Of a DNA stretch of 64,000 nucleotides, positions 57,564 to 64,000 are shown in pieces. Under the pieces are notes generated by a model, which was given only the letters and a program-made list of their open reading frames with translations, did no database searches and was not told where the DNA came from. This DNA is from Actinomycetes bacterium (GTDB lineage Bacteria; Actinomycetota; Actinomycetes; S36-B12), in assembly GCA_014190275.1 (NCBI GenBank), contig BJGE01000002.1, positions 21,038 to 85,037 on the forward strand. The letters run 5' to 3'. Within the stretch, counting starts at the first letter, position 1, and each line of letters begins with the position of its first letter. The translations under genes and the position numbers were made by a program.

Positions 57564-59120
57564 GTGGCCCGCGGTGATGGACTCCTTTCACATGATCTCC
57601 TCCCGGGCGAAAAAGGACCCCAAGACGCCTGTGGAGTTTTCGGTGTTTGGGCACCCGGTGATGAGGTTGCCAAGCTCACCTACTTCGGGCTTTATGCATT
57701 GCAGCACCGGGGTCAAGAATCTGCCGGGATGGCCGTTAGTGATGGCAGCCAGATTCTCGTATACAAGGACATGGGTCTAGTTTCCCAAGTCTTCACCGAA
57801 GCCAATCTTGACTCACTGCGCGGGCACGTCGCGATCGGGCATACGCGTTATTCGACGACCGGCGCAAGTGTCTGGGAGAACGCGCAGCCGACATTTCGCT
57901 CCACTGCAACCGGTCACCTGGCCTTGGGCCACAACGGCAACATCACTAACACCGCGGCCCTGCGCCGTCGCTTAGCAGAGCGGGCACGTGAATCAGGTGA
58001 ATTACCCCTTGATGCACCCATTGAGGCATCAAGTGACACCGATGTATTGGCGGCTTTGCTCGCATCGCACCCGGATTTAAGTGTGGTGGCGGCCGCCATA
58101 GAAGAACTCCCGTACGTAAAGGGTGCCTTCTCACTCGTCTTCATGGATGACGACGCGCTGTATGGCGCACGTGACCCGCAGGGGATTCGCCCGCTATCCC
58201 TGGGCCGACTAGAGCGCGGTTGGGTGCTGGCGAGTGAAACTGCGGCGCTCGACATCATCGGCGCCTCATTCGTCCGCGAGATCGAGCCGGGTGAAATTAT
58301 TGTCATTGATGATCAAGGGGTGCGCTCGGAGCGCTTCGCTGAGGCCGACCCGAAAGGCTGCCTCTTCGAATACGTTTATCTCGCGCGCCCGGATACCACC
58401 ATCGCGGGGCGCAGTATCCAGGCCACCCGAGTTGAAACCGGGCGCATCCTCGCCCGCGAGCATCCCGTAGATGCCGATCTTGTTATTCCGGTTCCCGAAT
58501 CCGGTCGCTACGCCGCCATCGGCTTCGCGCAGGAGTCGGGCATTGTGTTCTCTGAAGGCCTGGTGAAAAACGCATATGTCGGCCGCACCTTCATTCAACC
58601 CTCGCAGTCGATTCGCCAACTAGGTATTCGCCTGAAGTTGAATCCGCTACGTGAAGTCATCGGTGGTCAACGGCTTGTCGTCGTTGACGACTCGATCGTG
58701 CGCGGCAATACGCAGCGGGCTTTAGTTCGAATGTTGCGCGAAGCCGGTGCCCGCGAGGTGCATGTGCGGATCTCGAGCCCCCCTGTTGAATGGCCCTGCT
58801 TCTACGGCATTGACTTCGCGAGTAGATCAGAGTTGGTGGCCAATGGCCTAACCGTCGAGCAGATCTGCCGTTCGATCGGCGCTGATTCACTCGGCTATGT
58901 TTCCCTTGATGCCCTGGTTGCCGCCACCACAATCCCTAAGGAGAAACTGTGCCGCGCCTGCTTCGATGGGGTCTATCCGGTTGAACTTCCGGAGGCGCAG
59001 TTCTTGGGCAAGCAGTTGTTTGAGGGTATTGAAAGGCGAGCGCTAGACGGTACCTTTGATATTGATGGGGTCAGCACGATGGTGGGCGGCGGCGCCGCCG
59101 ATGCGCTGGAAAGGCCATGA
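57564..59120 (+). CDS. purF: amidophosphoribosyltransferase
   Basis: It has a propeptide followed by the N-terminal nucleophile CGVFGVW, the PRPP motif VVVDDSIVRGNT, and C-terminal Fe-S cysteines. Confidence 0.93.
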   Translation: MARGDGLLSHDLLPGEKGPQDACGVFGVWAPGDEVAKLTYFGLYALQHRGQESAGMAVSDGSQILVYKDMGLVSQVFTEANLDSLRGHVAIGHTRYSTTGASVWENAQPTFRSTATGHLALGHNGNITNTAALRRRLAERARESGELPLDAPIEASSDTDVLAALLASHPDLSVVAAAIEELPYVKGAFSLVFMDDDALYGARDPQGIRPLSLGRLERGWVLASETAALDIIGASFVREIEPGEIIVIDDQGVRSERFAEADPKGCLFEYVYLARPDTTIAGRSIQATRVETGRILAREHPVDADLVIPVPESGRYAAIGFAQESGIVFSEGLVKNAYVGRTFIQPSQSIRQLGIRLKLNPLREVIGGQRLVVVDDSIVRGNTQRALVRMLREAGAREVHVRISSPPVEWPCFYGIDFASRSELVANGLTVEQICRSIGADSLGYVSLDALVAATTIPKEKLCRACFDGVYPVELPEAQFLGKQLFEGIERRALDGTFDIDGVSTMVGGGAADALERP

Positions 59121-60211
59121 CCGGAGCCTCATACGCGGCGGCCGGGGTTGACGTTGAAGCTGGCGAACGCGCCGTTGCGCTAATGCGGGCCTCGGTAAAA
59201 TCGGCACAGCGGCCTGAGACAGTCGGTGACTTTGGCGGTTTCGCTGGGTTGTTTGATGCCACGGCTTTAACCAAATACCGCAAGCCGCTACTTGCAACTT
59301 CAACCGATGGGGTCGGTACCAAGGTTGCGGTAGCTCGCGCGATGGACGTGCACGACACCATCGGCATCGACCTAGTCGCCATGGTGGTTGACGACTTAGT
59401 CGTCGTGGGCGCCGAACCACTGTTTCTCACCGACTACATCGCCACCGGATCAGTTGTGCCGGAGCGGATCGCGGCGATCGTGTCAGGCATAGCGGCCGGC
59501 TGCCAGCTGGCAGGGTGCGCGTTACTCGGTGGTGAGACAGCCGAGCATCCGGGCTTGCTGGCACCCGATGAGTACGACCTAGCCGGGGCGGGGACCGGAG
59601 TCGTCGAAGCCGATGCCTTACTCGGCCCCGATCGAGTGGTCGCCGGTGACGTCCTCGTCGCGATGGCCGCATCGGGCCTGCACTCCAATGGCTATTCCCT
59701 TGCTCGTTATGTGCTCCTGGGCGAAAAGGGCCCGGGGCTTAACTCATATCTACCTGAACTTGATCGCACCGTCGGCGAGGAGCTACTGGAGCCGACTCGG
59801 ATTTACGCAAAGGACGCTTTGGCACTCATCGACGCGGTGTCGGTGCATGGCTTTAGCCATGTGACAGGTGGCGGGTTAGCCGCGAATATTGCTCGAGTAC
59901 TCCCGCCACAACTAGCCGCGGTGATCGATCGGGCTACCTGGACGCCGCTGCCGATATTCGATCTCATTGGGGGCTTGGGCGCGGTTGCTCAACTCGAACT
60001 CGAGCGCACTTTCAATATGGGGATCGGGATGGTCGCGATTTTGCCCGCTGGTGATGCGAAGCGGGCGGTTGAACTACTTGCCGGCCGCGGGGTCAAGGCA
60101 TGGGTATGCGGGGTGGTGCGAGATCGCCGCGAGGGCGAAGTCGGGGATGCGCCCGCGAAGGGCGGCGGCGGTGGTGCGGTGACGCTGGTGAGTAAGTACA
60201 GCACTGACTAA
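59117..60211 (+). CDS. purM: phosphoribosylformylglycinamidine cyclo-ligase
   Basis: It has an ATGA overlap with purF. The SYAAAGVD and DGVGTK motifs are present. Confidence 0.93.
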   Translation: MTGASYAAAGVDVEAGERAVALMRASVKSAQRPETVGDFGGFAGLFDATALTKYRKPLLATSTDGVGTKVAVARAMDVHDTIGIDLVAMVVDDLVVVGAEPLFLTDYIATGSVVPERIAAIVSGIAAGCQLAGCALLGGETAEHPGLLAPDEYDLAGAGTGVVEADALLGPDRVVAGDVLVAMAASGLHSNGYSLARYVLLGEKGPGLNSYLPELDRTVGEELLEPTRIYAKDALALIDAVSVHGFSHVTGGGLAANIARVLPPQLAAVIDRATWTPLPIFDLIGGLGAVAQLELERTFNMGIGMVAILPAGDAKRAVELLAGRGVKAWVCGVVRDRREGEVGDAPAKGGGGGAVTLVSKYSTD

Positions 60212-60229
60212 GGCCAGGATGAACTGACT

Positions 60230-60442
60230 TCAGTCAGCGGGTTCTTCGTAGTACTTCGCATACGGGTCATCATCTAATGGATCACCCAGCGCATCTACTG
60301 CTTTCGTGCTCGGTGCCCCGTCGTGATTATCTGCACTGCCAGCCAACTCCGCTTGCAGCCGATCAAAGTCGGTCTGTGGCCCGCCGTACTTCAACTCACG
60401 GGCAACCTTGGTTTGCTTGGCTTTTGCCCGGCCGCGCCCCAT
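60230..60442 (-). CDS. DUF3073 domain protein
   Basis: MGRGRAKAKQTKVARELKY with an acidic C-terminus is the conserved small actinobacterial protein that follows purM. Confidence 0.7.
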   Translation of the reverse strand: MGRGRAKAKQTKVARELKYGGPQTDFDRLQAELAGSADNHDGAPSTKAVDALGDPLDDDPYAKYYEEPAD

Positions 60443-60559
60443 GGCTCGACCCCCTCATCCGGGACTATCGCCCCAGTCGTGTGGACGGAAATCGCTCCTG
60501 TGGCCGGGTTACCCGAGCCACGTCGCTGGGGTCAGACTACCTGCCTGCCGCTGCCGGCG

Positions 60560-61630
60560 TTAATTGCGGCCAGCAATTCGGTCCTCGGCTTGGGCCTCGG
60601 CGGCGGCTACCGGGGTGCGGCCCTCGCGCTGGGCCCGGGCCAGCACCTTTTCGGTGGTGGTGAAAACGTCCATGACTTTGGCCCGGGCCCGCTCCAGGTC
60701 GCAGCCGGTGCGCTCCTCGGCAACTTGGATCACGCCCCCGCAGTTGACCATGAAATCCGGGGTATAGAGCACCCCCCGGGCGGCCAGCACGCCTGCGACC
60801 TCGGGGGTGGCCAACTGGTTATTGGCCCCGCCGCAGATCAGCGGGACCTGCAAGGTTGCGGCCAACTCCAGGGTCAAAAACCCGCCCATGGCATTTGGGG
60901 AGAGCACATCTAGGTCTTCGGTAAGGAGCCCCGCGGTTGATTCCATTACTTGGACCTGCGGGTACTTTGCGAGCACCCCGGCCAAAGTGGCCGCCGAGGG
61001 ATCGACAACATAAACCGTCGCGCCTTCGTCAATCAGATGGCCGATCAGCCGGCCGCCGACTTTACCGGCACCGACCACCCCGACCCGGCGCCCTCTTAAT
61101 TCGGGGGTACCCCAGACCTGACCGGCCGCCGCGCGCATGCCCTGCCAGACGCCGACCGCGGTCAAGATCCCGCTATCACCGACACCGCCGTTTTCCGGGG
61201 ACCGACCGGTAGTCCACCCGCAGGTCTCGCCGACGATATCCATGTCGGCAACGCTCATGCCGACGTCACCTGCCGTGAGGTAACGACCATTTAGTGAACT
61301 GACGAGCCGGCCAAAAGCGTGCAGCACCGCGGTCGACTTATTGGCGGGGTCGGCGAAGATGACACCTTTACCGCCACCGTGGTCAAGACCGGCTAGGGCA
61401 TTCTTATAAGTCATGGCGCGCGATAGGCGCAGGGCATCATGGCGAGCTGCGGCCGCTGGCTCGGGTCGATCCGCATAGAGCGACATCCGGACGCCACCTA
61501 GTGCCGGGCCTAGCGCGGTGGAGTGAACGGCGATCACGGCCTGCATGCCACTGGCCGCGTCATAGGCAACCACCACCTGCTCATGCCCATCGAAATCCGA
61601 CCAGGGACCTGTTAAGTCGGTACTGGCCAT
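60560..61630 (-). CDS. vdh: Leu/Val/Phe dehydrogenase family enzyme (valine dehydrogenase-like)
   Basis: From the ATG at 61630 it has the GPALGGVRM and KGGGKGVI-type (GGGKGVIF) blocks and the Rossmann motif GAGKVGG. The gene order (purM, DUF3073 gene, vdh, bldC) matches Streptomyces as I recall it. Confidence 0.8.
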   Translation of the reverse strand: MASTDLTGPWSDFDGHEQVVVAYDAASGMQAVIAVHSTALGPALGGVRMSLYADRPEPAAAARHDALRLSRAMTYKNALAGLDHGGGKGVIFADPANKSTAVLHAFGRLVSSLNGRYLTAGDVGMSVADMDIVGETCGWTTGRSPENGGVGDSGILTAVGVWQGMRAAAGQVWGTPELRGRRVGVVGAGKVGGRLIGHLIDEGATVYVVDPSAATLAGVLAKYPQVQVMESTAGLLTEDLDVLSPNAMGGFLTLELAATLQVPLICGGANNQLATPEVAGVLAARGVLYTPDFMVNCGGVIQVAEERTGCDLERARAKVMDVFTTTEKVLARAQREGRTPVAAAEAQAEDRIAGRN

Positions 61631-61777
61631 GGCCACCCTTCCGGCGCTTGGAGCAGGGATCTCGAGAAATATGGTCGAATTGCCCGTTTTTACTTGCTGC
61701 ATTGGTGGGTCGGTGGAACAGTAGAGCCGTTCGGTCCCGTCAGGTTAGCCGGGAGGCGGGCGAATCGGGAGGTGCGC

Positions 61778-61987
61778 ATGGCCGGTCAGAACCCGGAGGT
61801 AGAGCAATTGCTCACTCCAGCCGAAGTCGCTGCGCTATTTCGGGTTGACCCAAAGACCGTCACCCGCTGGGCGAAGGCCGGCAAGCTCAGTTGCATTCGC
61901 ACCCTAGGTGGGCACCGGCGCTATCGGGCCGATGAAGTCCAGGCGCTGATTGAGCAGCAAGGCCCGACACAGCAGCTGGAGCATTAG
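61778..61987 (+). CDS. bldC: BldC-family small MerR-like DNA-binding developmental regulator
   Basis: The 69-aa translation LLTPAEVAALFRVDPKTVTRWAKAGKLSCIRTLGGHRRYR is almost identical in pattern to Streptomyces BldC. Confidence 0.75.
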   Translation: MAGQNPEVEQLLTPAEVAALFRVDPKTVTRWAKAGKLSCIRTLGGHRRYRADEVQALIEQQGPTQQLEH

Positions 61988-62168
61988 CGAAAGCGCTGAG
62001 GGTACAGGCAACCATCACGATCGAAAGCACAATCTCAACCGCGCCGATTTTTGCGGGACGTAACCCCGGTTCAGGTTTTGTTAACCGGGTGTACCCAGCA
62101 TCGCAACTTCCTGTATCCTTAATCATCAGCGAGTATTTGATTGTGATCGGCCAATACGAGGTGGGTAG

Positions 62169-62339
62169 ATGCTGAAGATTGTCAGCTACATAGACGCTGG
62201 CTCAGGTTCTTATCTCTTGGCGGCAATTGCCAGTGGTGCGGCCGGCACCTGGTTCTTCCTGCGCTCTAAATTTGCCGACCTCCGGGGCCGCGGCGCCAAG
62301 AAGACTGAACTAACTCCCGACAGCACTACTTCCGAGTAG
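62169..62339 (+). CDS. small membrane protein (56 aa), not in the supplied ORF track
   Basis: My own translation is MLKIVSYIDAGSGSYLLAAIASGAAGTWFFLRSKFADLRGRGAKKTELTPDSTTSE. GAGGTGG lies 4 nt upstream. Its TAG stop overlaps the GTG of the next gene (TAGTG). Confidence 0.35.
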   Translation: MLKIVSYIDAGSGSYLLAAIASGAAGTWFFLRSKFADLRGRGAKKTELTPDSTTSE

Positions 62340-63796
62340 TGCCCGCGGCACCCACGGGGTCGGCAAGTTTTCGGGATCCCGAGAATGCCGCGTATCTGCA
62401 CGGGGGTAGCTGGTATCGGGTCGCCGGGCCTTCGTCCAGCGCGGCCCTGACCCTCCTACTCACTTCACCCCTATATTCGCAATTGGTCACCGCCGGTTCC
62501 ATCGTCGCCTACGAATTGGCGACCGTCGAGACGACCCGCGAGGTTGTTAGCGCCTATGCGGTGGCGTCCGGGAGAAGTCCGCAGCCCGGGGCTTGCGTAT
62601 TTCACGTTGCCGCTGTTCCACTAATCACCTACCCGTGGGAGTGGCCTAACTCCATGCTGGAAGCCGCGGCTCGGTTGACCTTGACGCTTCGCATGCAGCT
62701 GCTCGATATTGGCCTGGACCTAAAGGACGCCTCGGCGTTCAATGTGCAGTTCATCGGAATGCACCCGGTTTTTATTGACATTGGGTCTATTGAAGTATGG
62801 CGACCCAACCCATCTTGGAATGCCTCGCGCCAATTCATCGAGAACTTCATCAACCCGCTAGCCGTCGGTTCGGGGGCTCACGTAACGGCGGCCGACGCGT
62901 GGGAGTTATCAAGGCACCGCGGCCTGAAGTCCGATGCGGCGCGGCAGCTGCTACCCAAGGCCAAGCGCCGGAGTATGTCACTGCGGCTGCTGCAGGCGAC
63001 GACGCGACCGGTGGCAGCCAATGCCCCGAGTGAATCCAAGTTTGCTGAGCGCGCGGCGCGAAATAAGGACCTAGCACTGAAGGCGACTTTGGGATTGACC
63101 CGCAGGCTGATCAAGCAGATCGAGAAATTACACGGCACCGCGCACAGCACCACCTGGGTCGATTACGGCAGTCGCGAGCATTACGGCACGGAAGATCTGT
63201 TGCGTAAATCGGATTTTGCGGCCGACTTCGTCAGTGCTGCCCCGGGTCGAGGGGATCTGGTTCTCGATGTTGGCGGCAATGACGGCTTCACCGCAGCGCA
63301 CCTGGTTCGCACTACAGGGGCGAGAGTCGTCGTCCTTGATGCAGATGCCGGCGCGCTAGATGTCCTCTACGCGGGTATCTCAACCACTGCTGACTTGGTT
63401 GGTCAGATCACGCCAATGCTCGGTGACATCACCAACTTGATGCCGGCCGCGGGGCTGCTTGACGCCGAGTTCGGAGCTTTCACCAGCCGGGTCCACCCCA
63501 CCGCCGTCACCTGCCAGGCGGTTCTTCATCACGTGGTAATCACTCAAGGCACCCCGATGGGTTTTGCGGTTGACGCCCTCGCGCGCTTTGGCGCACCGGT
63601 GCAGATCGAGTTCGCGAATGAAGAGGATGAGAAAGTAAGGATCCTGCTTTCGCAGATCCCAAACTGGCAGGGTGCCTACTCGACCGAGGTGCTCCTTGGG
63701 GCGCTTCGGGCTAGATTCGAGTTCGTCGAGGTTGCTGGCACGACATCACCCACTCGAGTGGTCGTAAACGCCTGGAATCAAGTGAAGGTGACGTGA
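62339..63796 (+). CDS. NoeA-like class I SAM-dependent methyltransferase with kinase-like N-terminal domain
   Basis: It has the SAM motif I LVLDVGGNDGFTAAHL and VVVLDAD. The N-terminal LKDASAFNVQFIGMHPVFIDIGS block recalls NoeA-type proteins. The family assignment is from memory. Confidence 0.5.
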   Translation: MPAAPTGSASFRDPENAAYLHGGSWYRVAGPSSSAALTLLLTSPLYSQLVTAGSIVAYELATVETTREVVSAYAVASGRSPQPGACVFHVAAVPLITYPWEWPNSMLEAAARLTLTLRMQLLDIGLDLKDASAFNVQFIGMHPVFIDIGSIEVWRPNPSWNASRQFIENFINPLAVGSGAHVTAADAWELSRHRGLKSDAARQLLPKAKRRSMSLRLLQATTRPVAANAPSESKFAERAARNKDLALKATLGLTRRLIKQIEKLHGTAHSTTWVDYGSREHYGTEDLLRKSDFAADFVSAAPGRGDLVLDVGGNDGFTAAHLVRTTGARVVVLDADAGALDVLYAGISTTADLVGQITPMLGDITNLMPAAGLLDAEFGAFTSRVHPTAVTCQAVLHHVVITQGTPMGFAVDALARFGAPVQIEFANEEDEKVRILLSQIPNWQGAYSTEVLLGALRARFEFVEVAGTTSPTRVVVNAWNQVKVT

Positions 63797-64000
63797 GCAA
63801 CGCTCGACAATCTTTCGCCCGACTGGTCGGAACCCGCCGCAACTCCAGCCCGCGTGATATCGCGGCTTGGTTGGTGGCGCCGTTCATCCTGGTAGTGATC
63901 ATTCCGGCAAACGAGAAGATCGCCAGCAATGCGGTTTTCTTTGCTGCCCACAGTGTTTCGCCACTGGCTTGGATTGTGGTGTTGGCTATCTTCCTGGTGG
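63793..64000 (+). CDS. membrane protein, 3' end cut by window edge
   Basis: The GTG at 63793 overlaps the upstream stop (GTGA). My own translation VSNARQSFARLVG...WLVAPFILVVIIP...PLAWIVVLAIFLV is hydrophobic. Confidence 0.4.
   Translation, partial: MSNARQSFARLVGTRRNSSPRDIAAWLVAPFILVVIIPANEKIASNAVFFAAHSVSPLAWIVVLAIFLV

Noticed and set aside
60443-60559. The 117-nt leader of the DUF3073 gene contains imperfect long-range complementarity (CCCCAGCGACGTG / CACGACTGGGG).
   Set aside because: The pairing is interrupted, and I know of no matching RNA family. It could be the vdh terminator region or ordinary UTR, so the evidence is not strong enough to call a feature.
60277-61212. Plus-strand ORFs (128, 196 and 91 aa) overlap the DUF3073 gene and the vdh gene.
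   Set aside because: They lie opposite well-supported minus-strand genes, and their translations are Pro/Arg/Gly-rich and family-less.
61887-62126. A 79-aa minus-strand ORF spans the bldC 3' end and the downstream spacer.
   Set aside because: It overlaps bldC, has no ribosome-binding site or recognisable motif, and crosses a likely hairpin (CCGGTT/AACCGG at about 62064-62090) that probably terminates bldC.

Overview
The window is a gene-dense (~90% coding), high-GC chromosomal segment from an actinobacterium (class Actinomycetes). All calls rest on reading the supplied translations and DNA by eye and on family recognition from memory. No search was run, and many start codons are uncertain. 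From memory, the backbone gene order resembles that of Streptomyces and Mycobacterium. Backbone genes: dcd and an Rv0338c-like Fe-S membrane reductase; dnaK-grpE-dnaJ-hspR, here followed directly by clpB; pyrE and fbaA; a compact plus-strand purine set (purA, purD, purB, purC, purS, purQ, purL, purF, purM); and a DUF3073 gene, vdh and bldC. A four-gene arabinan-precursor operon (membrane protein, ubiA, dprE1, dprE2), a copC-copD/ctaG-ldt cluster and one tRNA-Gly(CCC) are also present. Accessory material sits at breaks in this backbone. The most interesting block is 13.6-23.4 kb. It holds an NAD-type molybdo-formate dehydrogenase operon (fdsG-fdsB-fdsA) whose alpha subunit carries a C-terminal FdsD-like extension. 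An HdrD-like membrane Fe-S/CCG protein follows it directly. Divergent from the fds operon is an AT-richer amiS/ureI-type channel plus formamidase (fmdA), with a convergent FmdB-like gene. Together these read as a formamide -> formate -> CO2 module. Other accessory items are three VapC(PIN) toxin-antitoxin pairs (one Phd-type and two ribbon-helix-helix antitoxins) whose promoters look leaderless, and a decayed HigB-like toxin fused in frame to its XRE antitoxin. There are also a guanine-deaminase-like amidohydrolase next to a double-ABM membrane protein, a degenerate M23-like secreted protein inside the pur cluster, and a small-ORF/NoeA-like methyltransferase/membrane-protein unit at the right edge. 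I found no CRISPR array, transposase, integrase or rRNA. I cannot show that any of this is truly undescribed. The candidates are ranked in the findings, each with a concrete test.
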